Below, piece after piece: positions 28,709-39,406 of a DNA stretch of 64,000 nt. The position numbers were made by a program, and so were the translations under genes. The notes under the pieces are model-generated. The model saw nothing but the letters and a program-made list of their open reading frames with translations, made no database searches and was not told the origin of the DNA. The stretch comes from an uncultured Parachlamydiaceae bacterium (GTDB lineage: Bacteria; Chlamydiota; Chlamydiia; Chlamydiales; Parachlamydiaceae), in the NCBI GenBank assembly GCA_963752155.1, contig CAVVXH010000002.1:1-64000 (forward strand), in the 5' to 3' direction. The first letter of the stretch is position 1. Every line of letters begins with the position of its first letter.

Positions 28709-30610
28709 ATGATGGGACTTCTAGAAGATCCGAGTTTAGCCAAAGCGACTTTTTTTGTTTTACCTTGGAAAGGTTATCGTTCCCAAGAAGAACTTGATCA
28801 ATTCATCCATTGTTTAAACACCCACCCTAAAAGTCATTCTCAGATCTGTTTGCTGGCACTTCCTTATTCTCTTTTACAAAATAAAACTAGTGTATTAACT
28901 CTCCCCCATTTTATTTTGGGCTGCAGCGCCATGGCCAATGCTATTCCAGGTAGTTTTACTGAAGCGATCGCTGCCAAAGTCCTTCGGAAAAATAATGCAC
29001 GCTTTGTGTTAATAGGGTCTAATGACAATCGTGAACTGCGCGAAGACAATGCACATATCAATGACAAGATTAAGAAAGCTCTAGATAATGACATCACCCC
29101 GTTTTTTTGCATGGGAGAAACCCTGCAAGAGATGCTTGCAGGAAAAGGGTCTGCAGTTCTAAAAAAGCAATGCCAAGAAGGATTGAAGGGGCTAACCCTC
29201 AAGGAAATAGCTAAAATTGCTTTTGTCTACGAAGCTCCTTGGTTACAAAGCACTGCCGAGTTGATTTCAATGGAAAAGCTGCTAGGGCATTATTTTTCCT
29301 ATCGACAAATTGTGGCGGAAGTTGTTGGGCCTAAGGTTTTTTCTAAAATTAGGTTCATCGATCCATTTCCGAATGATATGGAAAATTTTGCTGACTTGTT
29401 GTCTTCAATGCAAGGAAAAGGATTATATATCTCAGAACCTTCATTATTTATTCCTTTATTAGACGCCTTGGAGTCTTTAAATGATTTTAAATATCCTGCA
29501 GAAGAAATGGAGCCTTATTCAGAAGAAGGTCTTGAAGAAGAGCCTCCAGTTGCTGAAGAAGTTTTAAAAGAGGTTATTGCTGAAACCTCAAATGAAATGC
29601 CTCTAGAGGCTTCTCCTCAGTCTCAAGAAGAAACCTTACTCGCACCTAAAGCAGACGAGGAGCCACATCCACAAGAAATTCACTTGGTCGTCGAAGAAAA
29701 GGCCCCGACTCAAGAGGTGCCTACAGTCGCTGAAAGTGTCCTAGAAAAAGCCTTGAAAGAACAGATTTCTCCTCCAATTGAAGTAACAAGTCATGAATCT
29801 TTGCCTGATACAATTATTGAAGAAGCTGTGACAGAGAAAGAAGAAACAATTCCTCTTTCAATGACAGAAGAAGAAACAGAGCCTTCGCAAAGTATGCCAG
29901 AAGTCCCCGCATATACTGAAGAAATATTAGAAGATAACTTCGATGAATTGTCGTTGACGCCTGAAACTAAGTCTGATGCTTTTACCCCCTTGCCTGATTT
30001 ACCACCAGAACCTTCTGAAGAGGAAGTGAAGCCTACTGAAATTGCAAATGCAGAAGAAGAAAAGCCCAGTCTTGAAGAAAAAATATCAAAAATGCAGGAA
30101 CTGAATCAGGCGTTAGAAGAATGCTATCAGCAAATTGATAAGAAGGCCAAAATTTTTCCTCAACTTAGAAGCGCTTTCCCTGAAAAGCTCGGCAAGATGA
30201 CAGCGGATTTAAATCAACTTGATCCAGCCTTGCAAGATGAGATTAATCGTGGAAACATCGCCTTTTTTACAGAAAATCCAGAGAAGGCTAAGGAGGCTGG
30301 AGGGGTCTTATTGCAACTACAGGAGCTTAATTTTCTTTTGCAAGAGACAACAGCCATCCCACGAGATATTGATCGCTTGTTTTCAAAAGGAAAGGAGTTG
30401 CGTAAGCAACTTGAAGAGGTCTGGGCTTATTTTTCAAAACATCGACATGAAATCAAAGAGAATCATCCAGATTTTGAGTATCCATTAATGCCTTCACAAC
30501 TTTCTGCTAAGGAACCTGTTGTCGATCTGAATCCAAGAAGCGCAGGGCCCTCACCGCTCATCGGAAAACGGATGGCAGTGGTGAAGGCCCCTCCTATAAA
30601 AAATTATTAA
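28709..30610 (+). CDS. Degenerate triosephosphate-isomerase domain fused to acidic linker and coiled coil
   Basis: WK, GSFTE, VLIGS, CMGETLQE, YEAPW resemble TIM motifs; Glu/Pro-rich centre. Confidence 0.75.
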   Translation: MMGLLEDPSLAKATFFVLPWKGYRSQEELDQFIHCLNTHPKSHSQICLLALPYSLLQNKTSVLTLPHFILGCSAMANAIPGSFTEAIAAKVLRKNNARFVLIGSNDNRELREDNAHINDKIKKALDNDITPFFCMGETLQEMLAGKGSAVLKKQCQEGLKGLTLKEIAKIAFVYEAPWLQSTAELISMEKLLGHYFSYRQIVAEVVGPKVFSKIRFIDPFPNDMENFADLLSSMQGKGLYISEPSLFIPLLDALESLNDFKYPAEEMEPYSEEGLEEEPPVAEEVLKEVIAETSNEMPLEASPQSQEETLLAPKADEEPHPQEIHLVVEEKAPTQEVPTVAESVLEKALKEQISPPIEVTSHESLPDTIIEEAVTEKEETIPLSMTEEETEPSQSMPEVPAYTEEILEDNFDELSLTPETKSDAFTPLPDLPPEPSEEEVKPTEIANAEEEKPSLEEKISKMQELNQALEECYQQIDKKAKIFPQLRSAFPEKLGKMTADLNQLDPALQDEINRGNIAFFTENPEKAKEAGGVLLQLQELNFLLQETTAIPRDIDRLFSKGKELRKQLEEVWAYFSKHRHEIKENHPDFEYPLMPSQLSAKEPVVDLNPRSAGPSPLIGKRMAVVKAPPIKNY

Positions 30611-30613
30611 TGC

Positions 30614-32227
30614 ATGAATATCACGTTTAAAACTTTTCTCTTCAGTTTATTACTTCTATGTTCATTTTTAGAAGGGACTGCTCAATTTGGAAAAAATGCG
30701 CAGGAAAAGCTTATAGAGCATATTCATTACAATGTCGATGGACCGAATGTCATCGGACATTTGTTGATTGCAGATCATTCAAGCAGCATCAATCAAAGCA
30801 CATGGCTTTATGTCAAAAATGCTCTTGAATATTATAAAAAGAAAAAACCTATTTTCATCATTCTGGAATTGAATACACCTGGTGGAGAAGTGTTTCCTGC
30901 TCAGAAAATTTCAGATGCACTAAAAGAGTTTGATACTCAGTACGATATTCCCATTGTTTGTTTTATTAACAACTGGGCAATCTCTGCAGGAGCAATGTTG
31001 GCCTACTCTTGCCGTTTTATTGTGACATCGAAAGATGCCAGTATGGGGGCTGCTGAACCTATCATTATGGGAGAAAATAGCCAAATAGTGACTGCCTCGG
31101 AAAAAATAAATTCCGCTTTGCGTGCAGATTTTGCAAATCGAGCCAGTTATTTTGATCGCAATCCATTGATTGCAGAAGCGATGGTAGACAAAGATCTGAT
31201 CTTAGTCGTTAGGGACGGGAAAGTTATTAAAGTGGACAGTGAGTCTCAAATTCGCAACAAAGGTTCAGATCCGGATGATGTGCTTTCGCCAAAAGGAAAG
31301 TTACTGACACTCAATGCAGAACAGCTTCTTAAATATGGAGTGTCGGATGTTCTTTTGCTGCCGCAAAAGACTGGAGTGATCACTGACAGTGAGCAAGCAA
31401 GCGGCATTTGGCCTGCTAGCAAGATGTTGATGTTCCATGCTCCATTTTTTGACCAGATCCCAAATGCGCGTATCGAGTCCTATCAAATGGAATGGAAGGA
31501 GCGATTATTTGCTTTTTTGGCATCCCCCCTAGTCTCTTCTTTACTGCTTTTGGGATTCATTTTAGGAACCTATGTAGAGCTTTCGACTCCTGGTTTAGGA
31601 TTGTCAGGGGTGGTTGCTTTGACGTGTTTAATTTTGATCGTCCTATCGAGCTTCGCTTTAGAAATTGCAAATTGGTTAGAAGTGATTTTGTTAGTCATTG
31701 GGTTAGCAATCATTGCTATAGACCTCTTTTTGCTTCCTACATTTGGATTGTTTGGCTTTGTGGGGTTATTATTTTTCTTTGCTGGGCTTTTTGGTTTATT
31801 GCTTCCTGGTTTGGATTCGATCCGTTATGAAGTGGATACCAATACATTCAATGCAGCTGGTCAAATGGTGCTAGAAAGATTGGTCTGGTTTAGCTTAACT
31901 CTACTTTTAGGAATAGGTATCATTTTATTACTTGCACGCTATATCACACCTCACCTAGCCGCATACACTTCTCTAGTTCTCAAAGGGAATGAACAAGACG
32001 CTTCTAGAGGATATATCGCCAATGATGATCCGAAGTCATTGCCGCAAGTCGGTGAAACGGGAGAAGTGATCGCTACACTCAGGCCTGCAGGAAAAATTCA
32101 AGTTAAGGATACGATATATGAAGCCTTGAGCCCTGGGAGTTTCATCGAAAAAGGGGAAAAAATTGTTGTGGTGGCCTTAGAAGGGAGTTCCATTATTGTT
32201 GATAGATATCAAAAGGTAGAAACATGA
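30614..32227 (+). CDS. NfeD long form, ClpP-class serine protease (YqeZ-like)
   Basis: LNTPGG, AISAGA, MGAAEP, LLTL, C-terminal LRPAG OB-fold. Confidence 0.9.
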   Translation: MNITFKTFLFSLLLLCSFLEGTAQFGKNAQEKLIEHIHYNVDGPNVIGHLLIADHSSSINQSTWLYVKNALEYYKKKKPIFIILELNTPGGEVFPAQKISDALKEFDTQYDIPIVCFINNWAISAGAMLAYSCRFIVTSKDASMGAAEPIIMGENSQIVTASEKINSALRADFANRASYFDRNPLIAEAMVDKDLILVVRDGKVIKVDSESQIRNKGSDPDDVLSPKGKLLTLNAEQLLKYGVSDVLLLPQKTGVITDSEQASGIWPASKMLMFHAPFFDQIPNARIESYQMEWKERLFAFLASPLVSSLLLLGFILGTYVELSTPGLGLSGVVALTCLILIVLSSFALEIANWLEVILLVIGLAIIAIDLFLLPTFGLFGFVGLLFFFAGLFGLLLPGLDSIRYEVDTNTFNAAGQMVLERLVWFSLTLLLGIGIILLLARYITPHLAAYTSLVLKGNEQDASRGYIANDDPKSLPQVGETGEVIATLRPAGKIQVKDTIYEALSPGSFIEKGEKIVVVALEGSSIIVDRYQKVET

Positions 32228-32703
32228 TGGCCTATTTTTTATTGCTCTTAGGAATGGTTCTCATCTTCATTGAATTTTTTTTACCGGGCGCGGTGATGGG
32301 ATCGATCGGAACCCTCTTAGTGCTGGCCAGCATCTATTTTTTTGCAGTACAGAATGAATCGACGCTAGCTTTGGTGATTTACATCATTGCTGTTATCCTT
32401 CTCATGTTTTATTTATTTAAATTCGCTATTTGGCGTATGCAAAAAACAGCCTCTAAGCATACAATTGTCTCAAATTCGGCACAAACCGGTTATGTTGCTT
32501 CTTCATACGATTCTACAGCTATTGGTAAACGTGGGATAGTATTGTCGGATCTAAAGCCGGGTGGGTATGTGCTTGTGGATGGTAAAAAACAACAAGCCAT
32601 TTCAGTGAGCGGGTATGTTGCACAAAATCAAGAAGTTGAAGTGATTGGTGGACAAGAGGAAAGTCTTCTTGTTAAATTCATTGAAAAATCACACGAATCA
32701 TAA
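32224..32703 (+). CDS. NfeD short form
   Basis: TM helices with EFFLPG; SDLKPGG. Confidence 0.85.
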   Translation: MMAYFLLLLGMVLIFIEFFLPGAVMGSIGTLLVLASIYFFAVQNESTLALVIYIIAVILLMFYLFKFAIWRMQKTASKHTIVSNSAQTGYVASSYDSTAIGKRGIVLSDLKPGGYVLVDGKKQQAISVSGYVAQNQEVEVIGGQEESLLVKFIEKSHES

Positions 32704-32712
32704 GGAATCATT

Positions 32713-33726
32713 ATGGGTAGTTCTGTTGTTAGTTCTGACTGGGGAATTGAAGCTTATATTCTTATTTTCCTATTATTGATTGTTGGACTATTTTTATTTA
32801 GCATTCTTGCCAAATATATTAGTTTATGGTTTCAAGCCTTTGTGTCAGGGACGCGCATCCCCATTGCAAATATCATCGGGATGAGCCTACGTAAAATACC
32901 CCCTAAAGTTATTGTCAATGCTCGCATCACTGCCTATAAAGCTGGTTTGAAAGATGTTTCTGTTTCTGATTTGGAAACCCATTTTATGGCTGGGGGTCAT
33001 GTCACAGAGGTCGTGCAAGCTCTTATTGCAGCCGATAAAGCAAACATTCCTTTGGATTGGAGACGTGCCACTGCAATTGATTTAGCCGGTCGTGATTTGC
33101 GCGAAGCGGTGCAAACTTCTGTTTATCCTAAGGTCATTGATTGTCCAAATCATGGTGGGTATATCACAGGAGTCTCTAAAGACGGCATTCAGATTAATAC
33201 GCGTGCTCGAGTCACTGTACGTACCAATATTGCTCAGCTTGTCGGAGGAGCTACTGAAGAAACGATTATCGCTCGTGTCGGAGAAGGAATCGTTAGTGCG
33301 ATTGGAGGTTCGGATACCCATTTACAAGTTTTGGAAGCTCCTCAAACGATTTCAAAAAGGGTTCTTGATAAGGGGCTGGATTCTTCTACAGCTTTTTTAA
33401 TTTTGTCTATTGATATTGTAGAATTGAATCTAGGGGAAAATATCGGAGCCAAATTGCGTGCAGATAAAGCTGAATCAGATAAGAGGATCGCTCAGGCAGA
33501 AGCTGAAAAAAGGCGGGCTATGGCTGTCGCCATGGAACAAGAAAACTTGGCTAAGGTGCGTGACAAAGAAGCTAATCTCGTTGAAGCACAAGCTGCAGTC
33601 CCCATTGCGATTGCCGAAGCATTTCGCACAGGAAATTTAGGAATTATGGATTACCAGCGTATTCAAAATATTGAGGCCGACACTAAAATGCGTCGAGCTA
33701 TAGCTGAGCCTGAAAAAGGAGCCTAG
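32713..33726 (+). CDS. floA: Flotillin-like protein FloA
   Basis: [36 protein letters not shown]. Confidence 0.95.
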   Translation: MGSSVVSSDWGIEAYILIFLLLIVGLFLFSILAKYISLWFQAFVSGTRIPIANIIGMSLRKIPPKVIVNARITAYKAGLKDVSVSDLETHFMAGGHVTEVVQALIAADKANIPLDWRRATAIDLAGRDLREAVQTSVYPKVIDCPNHGGYITGVSKDGIQINTRARVTVRTNIAQLVGGATEETIIARVGEGIVSAIGGSDTHLQVLEAPQTISKRVLDKGLDSSTAFLILSIDIVELNLGENIGAKLRADKAESDKRIAQAEAEKRRAMAVAMEQENLAKVRDKEANLVEAQAAVPIAIAEAFRTGNLGIMDYQRIQNIEADTKMRRAIAEPEKGA

Positions 33727-33727
33727 T

Positions 33728-34204
33728 GTGAACTTAGTAGAATTTCTGGGATTTATTGCAATGCTCTTTTTTTTATTGCATTCTGCAAGAAATACTAAAC
33801 GTAACAGGGTCGATCCTGACGTGGATGATGCAGAAGAGCAAGAACAGGCTAAGCGTCTAAGGGAATTTTTACAGGGTGTCGACACCGATATGAAGGAGAT
33901 CTCTGCTCCAAAGCCTAAGTCGACGCCTAAACCTCAAAGTGTTAAGCGGGAAAAGCTACAATGGGAGCATCAGGCTGCTAAACATCTTCAGAGATCTCAG
34001 TCCGACAGTGAAATCTACAAAGATTCTCCTGATCCTTATGCCATGGAAAAAGACGCCTACGCAATCACCAAAAAGAAAAAATCGCGAGCATTTTACCTGC
34101 GCCAAAAGCTAAAAAATCCTCAGGAGATGGTGATCATGTACGAAATAATGGGCTCGCCAAAGGCTTTGAAAAATGAAAGATCAAAACACTCCCTCCCTTA
34201 TTGA
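33728..34204 (+). CDS. Hypothetical membrane-anchored protein (YqfB-like position)
   Basis: Follows floA; C-terminal EIMGSPKAL. Confidence 0.7.
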   Translation: MNLVEFLGFIAMLFFLLHSARNTKRNRVDPDVDDAEEQEQAKRLREFLQGVDTDMKEISAPKPKSTPKPQSVKREKLQWEHQAAKHLQRSQSDSEIYKDSPDPYAMEKDAYAITKKKKSRAFYLRQKLKNPQEMVIMYEIMGSPKALKNERSKHSLPY

Positions 34205-34868
34205 ACGCTATCTAAAGCTGGTTGAAGAGATCAAAGAACAAGCTGTAAAATGTCATCGAAATCCACAAGACATAGCTTTAGTGGCCATTTCCAAAACACG
34301 ACCGGGGAGCGAAATTCAATCTTTATATAATGTTGGGCAACGTTTTTTCGGAGAAAATCGGGTGCAAGAATTGGTTGTTAAAGTAGCTGAGGCCCCGGCA
34401 GATACCGAATGGCATTTCATTGGGCCCTTACAAAGAAATAAAGTTCGAAAAGTGATTACCTTGAGTTCGCTCATTCATTCAGTTGATTCAGTGGAGCTTG
34501 CAAGGAAAATTTCGCAATGTAGTTTGGAAGCTTCAGTAACGACCAGAATTCTTTTGCAAGTCAATGTTTCAGAAGAGTCTACAAAGCAGGGGATGAGTGT
34601 TGTAGAGTGTAAAGCCGCTTGTGATAGTATTTTGGCTTTTCCAGGGATCACGATTGAAGGGTTGATGACCATGGCTCCGATGGTTGAAGACCAAAGCATC
34701 ATTCACGCTTGTTTTGCGGGCTTACGAGAGCTTCGAGAAGATTTGAAGCAACGTTATGGAGTTAATACGTTTCCACATCTTTCTATGGGAATGTCCCATG
34801 ATTACCGGATAGCTATTGCAGAAGGGGCCACTTTATTGCGCATTGGGACGGCTCTTTTTAAGCTTTAA
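34173..34868 (+). CDS. yggS: PLP homeostasis protein
   Basis: VAISKT, FGENRVQE, WHFIGPLQRNK, LSMGMSHD. Confidence 0.96.
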   Translation: MKDQNTPSLIERYLKLVEEIKEQAVKCHRNPQDIALVAISKTRPGSEIQSLYNVGQRFFGENRVQELVVKVAEAPADTEWHFIGPLQRNKVRKVITLSSLIHSVDSVELARKISQCSLEASVTTRILLQVNVSEESTKQGMSVVECKAACDSILAFPGITIEGLMTMAPMVEDQSIIHACFAGLRELREDLKQRYGVNTFPHLSMGMSHDYRIAIAEGATLLRIGTALFKL

Positions 34869-34873
34869 GCGCA

Positions 34874-34898
34874 GCAATTCCCGTTAAACTTTCGTGCC
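34874..34898. repeat. Left end of element family E
   Basis: 24/25 identical to 38129-38153. Confidence 0.75.
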
Positions 34899-34922
34899 TG
34901 CGTGGCAGAGCCACAATTAGAA

Positions 34923-35669
34923 TTATCGATTTCGAAGCTTCGCTAGAAGCCTTAGGCACTCAACATATAGCCAAACTAATGTCACCATAAGTGCAAAGGC
35001 TCCATACCATTCTAAGTATTTGGGAGCTCTTCGTGCTTGTCCTTGCTCAATAAAATCAAAGTCTATGACTAAATTAAAAGCTGCAATAAGCACAACAAAT
35101 AAGCTGAAACCAATTCCAACCCAACCATTACCAAAAATATATGGAATCTGAACGCCAAAAAAACTTAGAAGAATGGATCCGATATAAACTACGGCGATAC
35201 CTCCTGTCGCAGCGAACACTCCCATTTTGAAGCTTTCCGTAGCCCGCACCAAACCTGATTGATAAGCCATTAACATGGCAATGAGGGTAGCAAAAGTCAA
35301 ACTGGCAGCTTGAATTGCTATTCCGTGAAACTGTGATTCAAACATTGCTGAAATGCCACCGATAAACAAACCTTCAAAAAGAGCATAAAAAACTGAAGTA
35401 ATAGAAGCCCAGGTTGGTTTATAAGCTGTTAGAATCGCTAAAATAAAGCCTCCAAACGCTCCTGTGATGGTTAAGCCTGTTACAGAATCCGGATTACCGC
35501 CTGATTTCATAAACTTTACCCATGTCCATCCTGCACTAAGCGTAGCTAACAGGATTAAAAGAAGTGTTTTTAACACAACTCCATGTATCGTCATTGTATC
35601 AGTCGTCGCACTGGCATATCCTCGACTGTCAAAAATGTCATTTTGTAAAACTGGATTGGCTGAACGCAT
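34923..35669 (-). CDS. Bax inhibitor-1/YccA family membrane protein
   Basis: MRSANP, MTIHGVV.KT, LVIDFDFIE, TLVWLYVE. Confidence 0.9.
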   Translation of the reverse strand: MRSANPVLQNDIFDSRGYASATTDTMTIHGVVLKTLLLILLATLSAGWTWVKFMKSGGNPDSVTGLTITGAFGGFILAILTAYKPTWASITSVFYALFEGLFIGGISAMFESQFHGIAIQAASLTFATLIAMLMAYQSGLVRATESFKMGVFAATGGIAVVYIGSILLSFFGVQIPYIFGNGWVGIGFSLFVVLIAAFNLVIDFDFIEQGQARRAPKYLEWYGAFALMVTLVWLYVECLRLLAKLRNR

Positions 35670-35765
35670 TGTAATCCTCCGTGGAAAAATAAACTTAATT
35701 TTACGAGATGTTTAATTAAGACGCAAGGTTTTGGTGATGCCTGCAGCAATTGCTGCTAATTGTAC

Positions 35766-37196
35766 TCAGTACTTGCAGTTAAATAGCATCTCTGAGAAGT
35801 CTATAATCCGTGCAAAATATCCTCTATCAACAACATCTTCCGAAACACCATTGACATGAATGAGCACAGGACGACAGGAAAAGCCTCGAGGAAGCTGTAA
35901 ACGATGAAGCTTTTCTTCCATCTCTTCAATGACTTCTATTCCCACCACTCCTTGTCGGAATTTGACTTCACACGCATATAAATCACGAAATCGCGTTTGA
36001 ATCAAATAATCGATTTGACATCCTCGTCTACGAATAGTCGCCTTTTGAAAATAAGTATTAGCGATCACCACATCTTCTGGTGAAATACCCAGGATCTTAC
36101 ATACGAGAAATCCATTGTTGATGATCAAATTTTCAAACTGCATTCCCATTATAGACAACCACCCATGAGGTAAACGTTGTAGATGAGTACTTTCGATTTG
36201 TTCTTTATGTGGAAGAATATACTTCATATAAAATCTTAAATAATTATCTTTAATCCGATAAAGGCTAGATTCTAATCGTTTTCCAGTTGCTATTGACCAA
36301 TTATAATCACGTGACAAAAAACCGGATTCCATTAAATCCCCTAGAGCTGTGCTCAAATCGCCTCCCCGGGATCTATCCAATTTTTCTGCGAGTTCTATGG
36401 TTGAAAGAGGAGAATTGATTAAATTTTCGACAATTTGTTTATAGAAAAGGCCTTGCTTTTGGAATAAGTCATGAAAAATTTGATCAAATTCACGGAAAAG
36501 CAATCCTTCCTGGTCAAAGCATAAACGTAGCAGGTTTGCTTCTGCAGATAGATCTGGACGTAATTCTTCAAGATAACGTGGGATTCCTCCTGTCACTGAT
36601 AAAAATTTAAACTTTTCGTAAGCGGAGATTTTTCCAGGACTCCCTTCCCAAAACAGATTACATTCAGGCAAGGATAGCTCTTCTAACAGAAGGCGAAGAG
36701 AAACTCGGCCAAAAAATCCTGTGCTGCTAAGGATGTTTTTGCTGATCCAAGCTGAGTTTGATCCCGAAAGAATCATTACAAACTGAGGATTTTGTTTAAA
36801 GTAACGATCCCATGCAGTCTTTAATTTGGGGAGGAATGTGGGATCATGTGAACCCATCCAGGTAATTTCGTCGAGAACCACAAGTATACGTTCTTTCTTA
36901 CATTCTTGAGCTAAATCGTAGAAAAGATTTCCCCAATCATCGCATCGATAAATTGGTAGTTTATATTCTTGAAGTTGCCGAAGAAATTCTTCTCTTTGTG
37001 TTTGTCCAGTGACGCCTGGTTCAGGGGGAATCCCCGATAAGATGTATGCTTTACTGAAGGCTGAGGCATATTCTTCAGCCAAACGACTTTTGCCTATCCT
37101 TCTGCGGCCACGAATCACGACAAGGCTAGAGCTCTTTTTTCGAAGGAGCCCCTTGAGTGATTCAATTTCCTTTTCTCTTCCAATGAATTTTGTCAT
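35766..37196 (-). CDS. ATPase-wHTH-PD-(D/E)XK paralogue 3
   Basis: MTKFIGRE, GRRRIGKS, VVLDE, QIDY...ACEVK; start chosen by homology. Confidence 0.9.
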   Translation of the reverse strand: MTKFIGREKEIESLKGLLRKKSSSLVVIRGRRRIGKSRLAEEYASAFSKAYILSGIPPEPGVTGQTQREEFLRQLQEYKLPIYRCDDWGNLFYDLAQECKKERILVVLDEITWMGSHDPTFLPKLKTAWDRYFKQNPQFVMILSGSNSAWISKNILSSTGFFGRVSLRLLLEELSLPECNLFWEGSPGKISAYEKFKFLSVTGGIPRYLEELRPDLSAEANLLRLCFDQEGLLFREFDQIFHDLFQKQGLFYKQIVENLINSPLSTIELAEKLDRSRGGDLSTALGDLMESGFLSRDYNWSIATGKRLESSLYRIKDNYLRFYMKYILPHKEQIESTHLQRLPHGWLSIMGMQFENLIINNGFLVCKILGISPEDVVIANTYFQKATIRRRGCQIDYLIQTRFRDLYACEVKFRQGVVGIEVIEEMEEKLHRLQLPRGFSCRPVLIHVNGVSEDVVDRGYFARIIDFSEMLFNCKY

Positions 37197-37212
37197 TTTT
37201 ATCTCAAATATT

Positions 37213-37282
37213 TTCCCCAAAAATGACAAAATGGTATTTTTGGGGGTTTTTTTAATATTAGATGAATTCCCCAAAAATGACA
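37213..37282. promoter_or_regulatory. 31-bp palindrome plus half-copy upstream of ATPase 3
   Basis: ccccaaaaat-N11-atttttgggg at 37215-37245; ttccccaaaaatgaca repeated at period 54 bp. Confidence 0.7.
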
Positions 37283-37390
37283 TCTTAAAAATGATCTGAC
37301 TTTTTTCAATGTTACAACAACACTACAATAGATCTTAATTTTCGGTTCTGTCCCCGAAGGGCGAATCACAAGCCTACTCTCATCACTTAA

Positions 37391-37813
37391 TTAATGATCA
37401 AAAGGTGTAATACAAGGTAAGCATGAATTCTTATTTTTTCTATATATTTTAAAACTTCCATCGAGTGTTAAAATCTTTGCATGATCATGAAGTTCAGCCA
37501 TTCTGACTAGACAAGCATCTGCGAGAGACATGGGAACATTTTTATATTTATGAACGAATTGTTTTATTAATTTCGCCTCTACATTAAGATTAAATTCTGT
37601 CACTATTATATTTCGGTCTATCATTTCTAAAATAATTTCTCGCCCTTGATCAATATGCCGCGTCAAAAAGCAAGCTTCAGAAATTACAGCCTGACAGGTT
37701 AGTATGGGAGGAGAAATTTCTTGAAATCTAGTTTTAGCCCAACCATGGTACTTGTCTTTAAGATTGAGATAAGCGACTAAGGGACCGGTATCTAAAATGA
37801 TCAAATTTGTCAT
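37391..37813 (-). CDS. PIN-domain toxin (VapC-like)
   Basis: ILDTGPL, VISEA, SLADACLV, LTLD. Confidence 0.9.
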   Translation of the reverse strand: MTNLIILDTGPLVAYLNLKDKYHGWAKTRFQEISPPILTCQAVISEACFLTRHIDQGREIILEMIDRNIIVTEFNLNVEAKLIKQFVHKYKNVPMSLADACLVRMAELHDHAKILTLDGSFKIYRKNKNSCLPCITPFDH

Positions 37814-38049
37814 TGTCCATAGCCTTCTAAATAGGTAGGATTTTCTGATAGATCTTCAGGCCCATTAATTGCTCCGCACAAATCCTTCGACAATGTATAT
37901 AAACTGTTATGAGAAGTTGATCTTTTTTGACTCAGGTAAAATTCTAAAGCTTGACGAATAAGATCTGATTTTCGCATTTTTCTTCTTTTAGACTCGCCAT
38001 CCAAGTTATTGGCCAGCTTCTCCGGACATTTAAAAGAGAGTGTTTTCAT
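37810..38049 (-). CDS. Ribbon-helix-helix antitoxin
   Basis: TLSFK...KSDLIRQAL; 4-bp overlap with the PIN gene. Confidence 0.85.
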   Translation of the reverse strand: MKTLSFKCPEKLANNLDGESKRRKMRKSDLIRQALEFYLSQKRSTSHNSLYTLSKDLCGAINGPEDLSENPTYLEGYGQ

Positions 38050-38128
38050 AAGTTTCTCCAGGTAATACCCCTATAAACACATTGTATTACTTTTTACAGT
38101 ATTAGTCGAGAATCATTTTTTCGAATCT

Positions 38129-38238
38129 GCAATTCCCGCTAAACTTTCGTGCCGGTGTGCACGCGTGCGTGCCCGAGCCCGAAAAATTTCGTAGATTTTA
38201 CTAATTTTCGGGCATGGGCACGAATTAGCTGGAATTGC
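38129..38238. repeat. Palindromic element E with internal gtgccc-like repeats
   Basis: Ends gcaattcc.gctaa/ttagc.ggaattgc; inner cgtgccc..gcccgaaaa/ttttcgggc..gggcacg. Confidence 0.8.
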
Positions 38239-38319
38239 TTAAAAAAGGTCTTTTTTCCTGCCAAAAATGTCACAACTTGATATGATCCTAATTATGAGGA
38301 AATCTATTAACGAGGAAAT

Positions 38320-39399
38320 ATGGATATGAAATATTTAGTTTTATTTTTACTTTTAGTTACACCTTCAATCATCCTTTTTAGCTCTGTATCCAATGAAAAG
38401 GCTGATCCCAAAATTATTCCTGTAACAACTCCGCCGCCAGAAGAAAATAAAATTTACCCAATTGCTGTGATTGGTTCAGGGGCTGCAGGCACGATGGCTG
38501 TTAAAAGAATTGTTTTAAATAACGATGAAGTGCTTCTCTTTACTGGCGCTAAATCAGAAAGAAGGCGATCAAGAGGAAATTGGGTTAGAAAAGTCGATAA
38601 TATTCCAGGCTTTGAGAAATATTCTAGAACTGTCTTAGAATTACGCAATGAGTCCCTAAAGGAGCTGCTCAAAAGTGATTTAAGCCACAATCTTTTTGTC
38701 ATTGAAGACTCAATTACTGAAATCACAAAAGAAAACGAAATATTTAAACTCAAAGATCAAACGGGTCGCACGTTCTTTGTTAAGTATGTCATTTTAGCTA
38801 CCGGAATCATGGACGAACAACCACATATTCAAGAGAGTATTCGGCCAATTCTTGATTTTGCGAATGGTCAAACAGTCGCTTATTGCCTAATATGCGATGG
38901 GCATCGCAGCTTTAGAAAAAAGACTGTGATCATTGGACATTCCGAAGAGACTGCTGATGCAGCTATTCTTCTATCTGATAAATATTCATTAACAGATGTT
39001 ACGATACTTACAAATGGAAAACCTCCAGAATTTAATCGTCAAGAAATGTTAAATAGGAAAATTCAAATCAATGAAAATCCAATTATTGAAATACTTGGAG
39101 ATAGGAGTGATCAACAACTTACCGGCTTTAAATTACAAAATGGCGAAATTGTGGAAGCAGAAATGGGATTTGTTTCTTTGGGAATTAGGCCTAACAATCA
39201 ACTTGCTTTGCAGTTGGGAGCTCAGGTTGATGCTAGAGGACTCGTAATCACCGACAAAGACGGTGAAACTTCCATTCCAAATTTATTTGTAGCCGGCGAC
39301 CTGCGTGCACAAAGTATGAAACAAATTTACACTGCCTGGCAACATGCAGTCGAGTGTGCCCAGATCATTAATTGGCGCCTACGATCAGCAGTGGAATGA
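38320..39399 (+). CDS. Thioredoxin-reductase-like FAD/NAD(P) oxidoreductase
   Basis: IGSGAAG, ILATG, CLICDG, TSIPNLFVAGD; N-terminal signal or anchor. Confidence 0.85.
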   Translation: MDMKYLVLFLLLVTPSIILFSSVSNEKADPKIIPVTTPPPEENKIYPIAVIGSGAAGTMAVKRIVLNNDEVLLFTGAKSERRRSRGNWVRKVDNIPGFEKYSRTVLELRNESLKELLKSDLSHNLFVIEDSITEITKENEIFKLKDQTGRTFFVKYVILATGIMDEQPHIQESIRPILDFANGQTVAYCLICDGHRSFRKKTVIIGHSEETADAAILLSDKYSLTDVTILTNGKPPEFNRQEMLNRKIQINENPIIEILGDRSDQQLTGFKLQNGEIVEAEMGFVSLGIRPNNQLALQLGAQVDARGLVITDKDGETSIPNLFVAGDLRAQSMKQIYTAWQHAVECAQIINWRLRSAVE

Positions 39400-39406
39400 T
39401 GCGCGT

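Noticed and set aside
37197..37283. N-terminal extension of ATPase 3 in the ORF track
   Set aside because: It runs through the upstream palindrome pair; paralogues start just before F.GRE.
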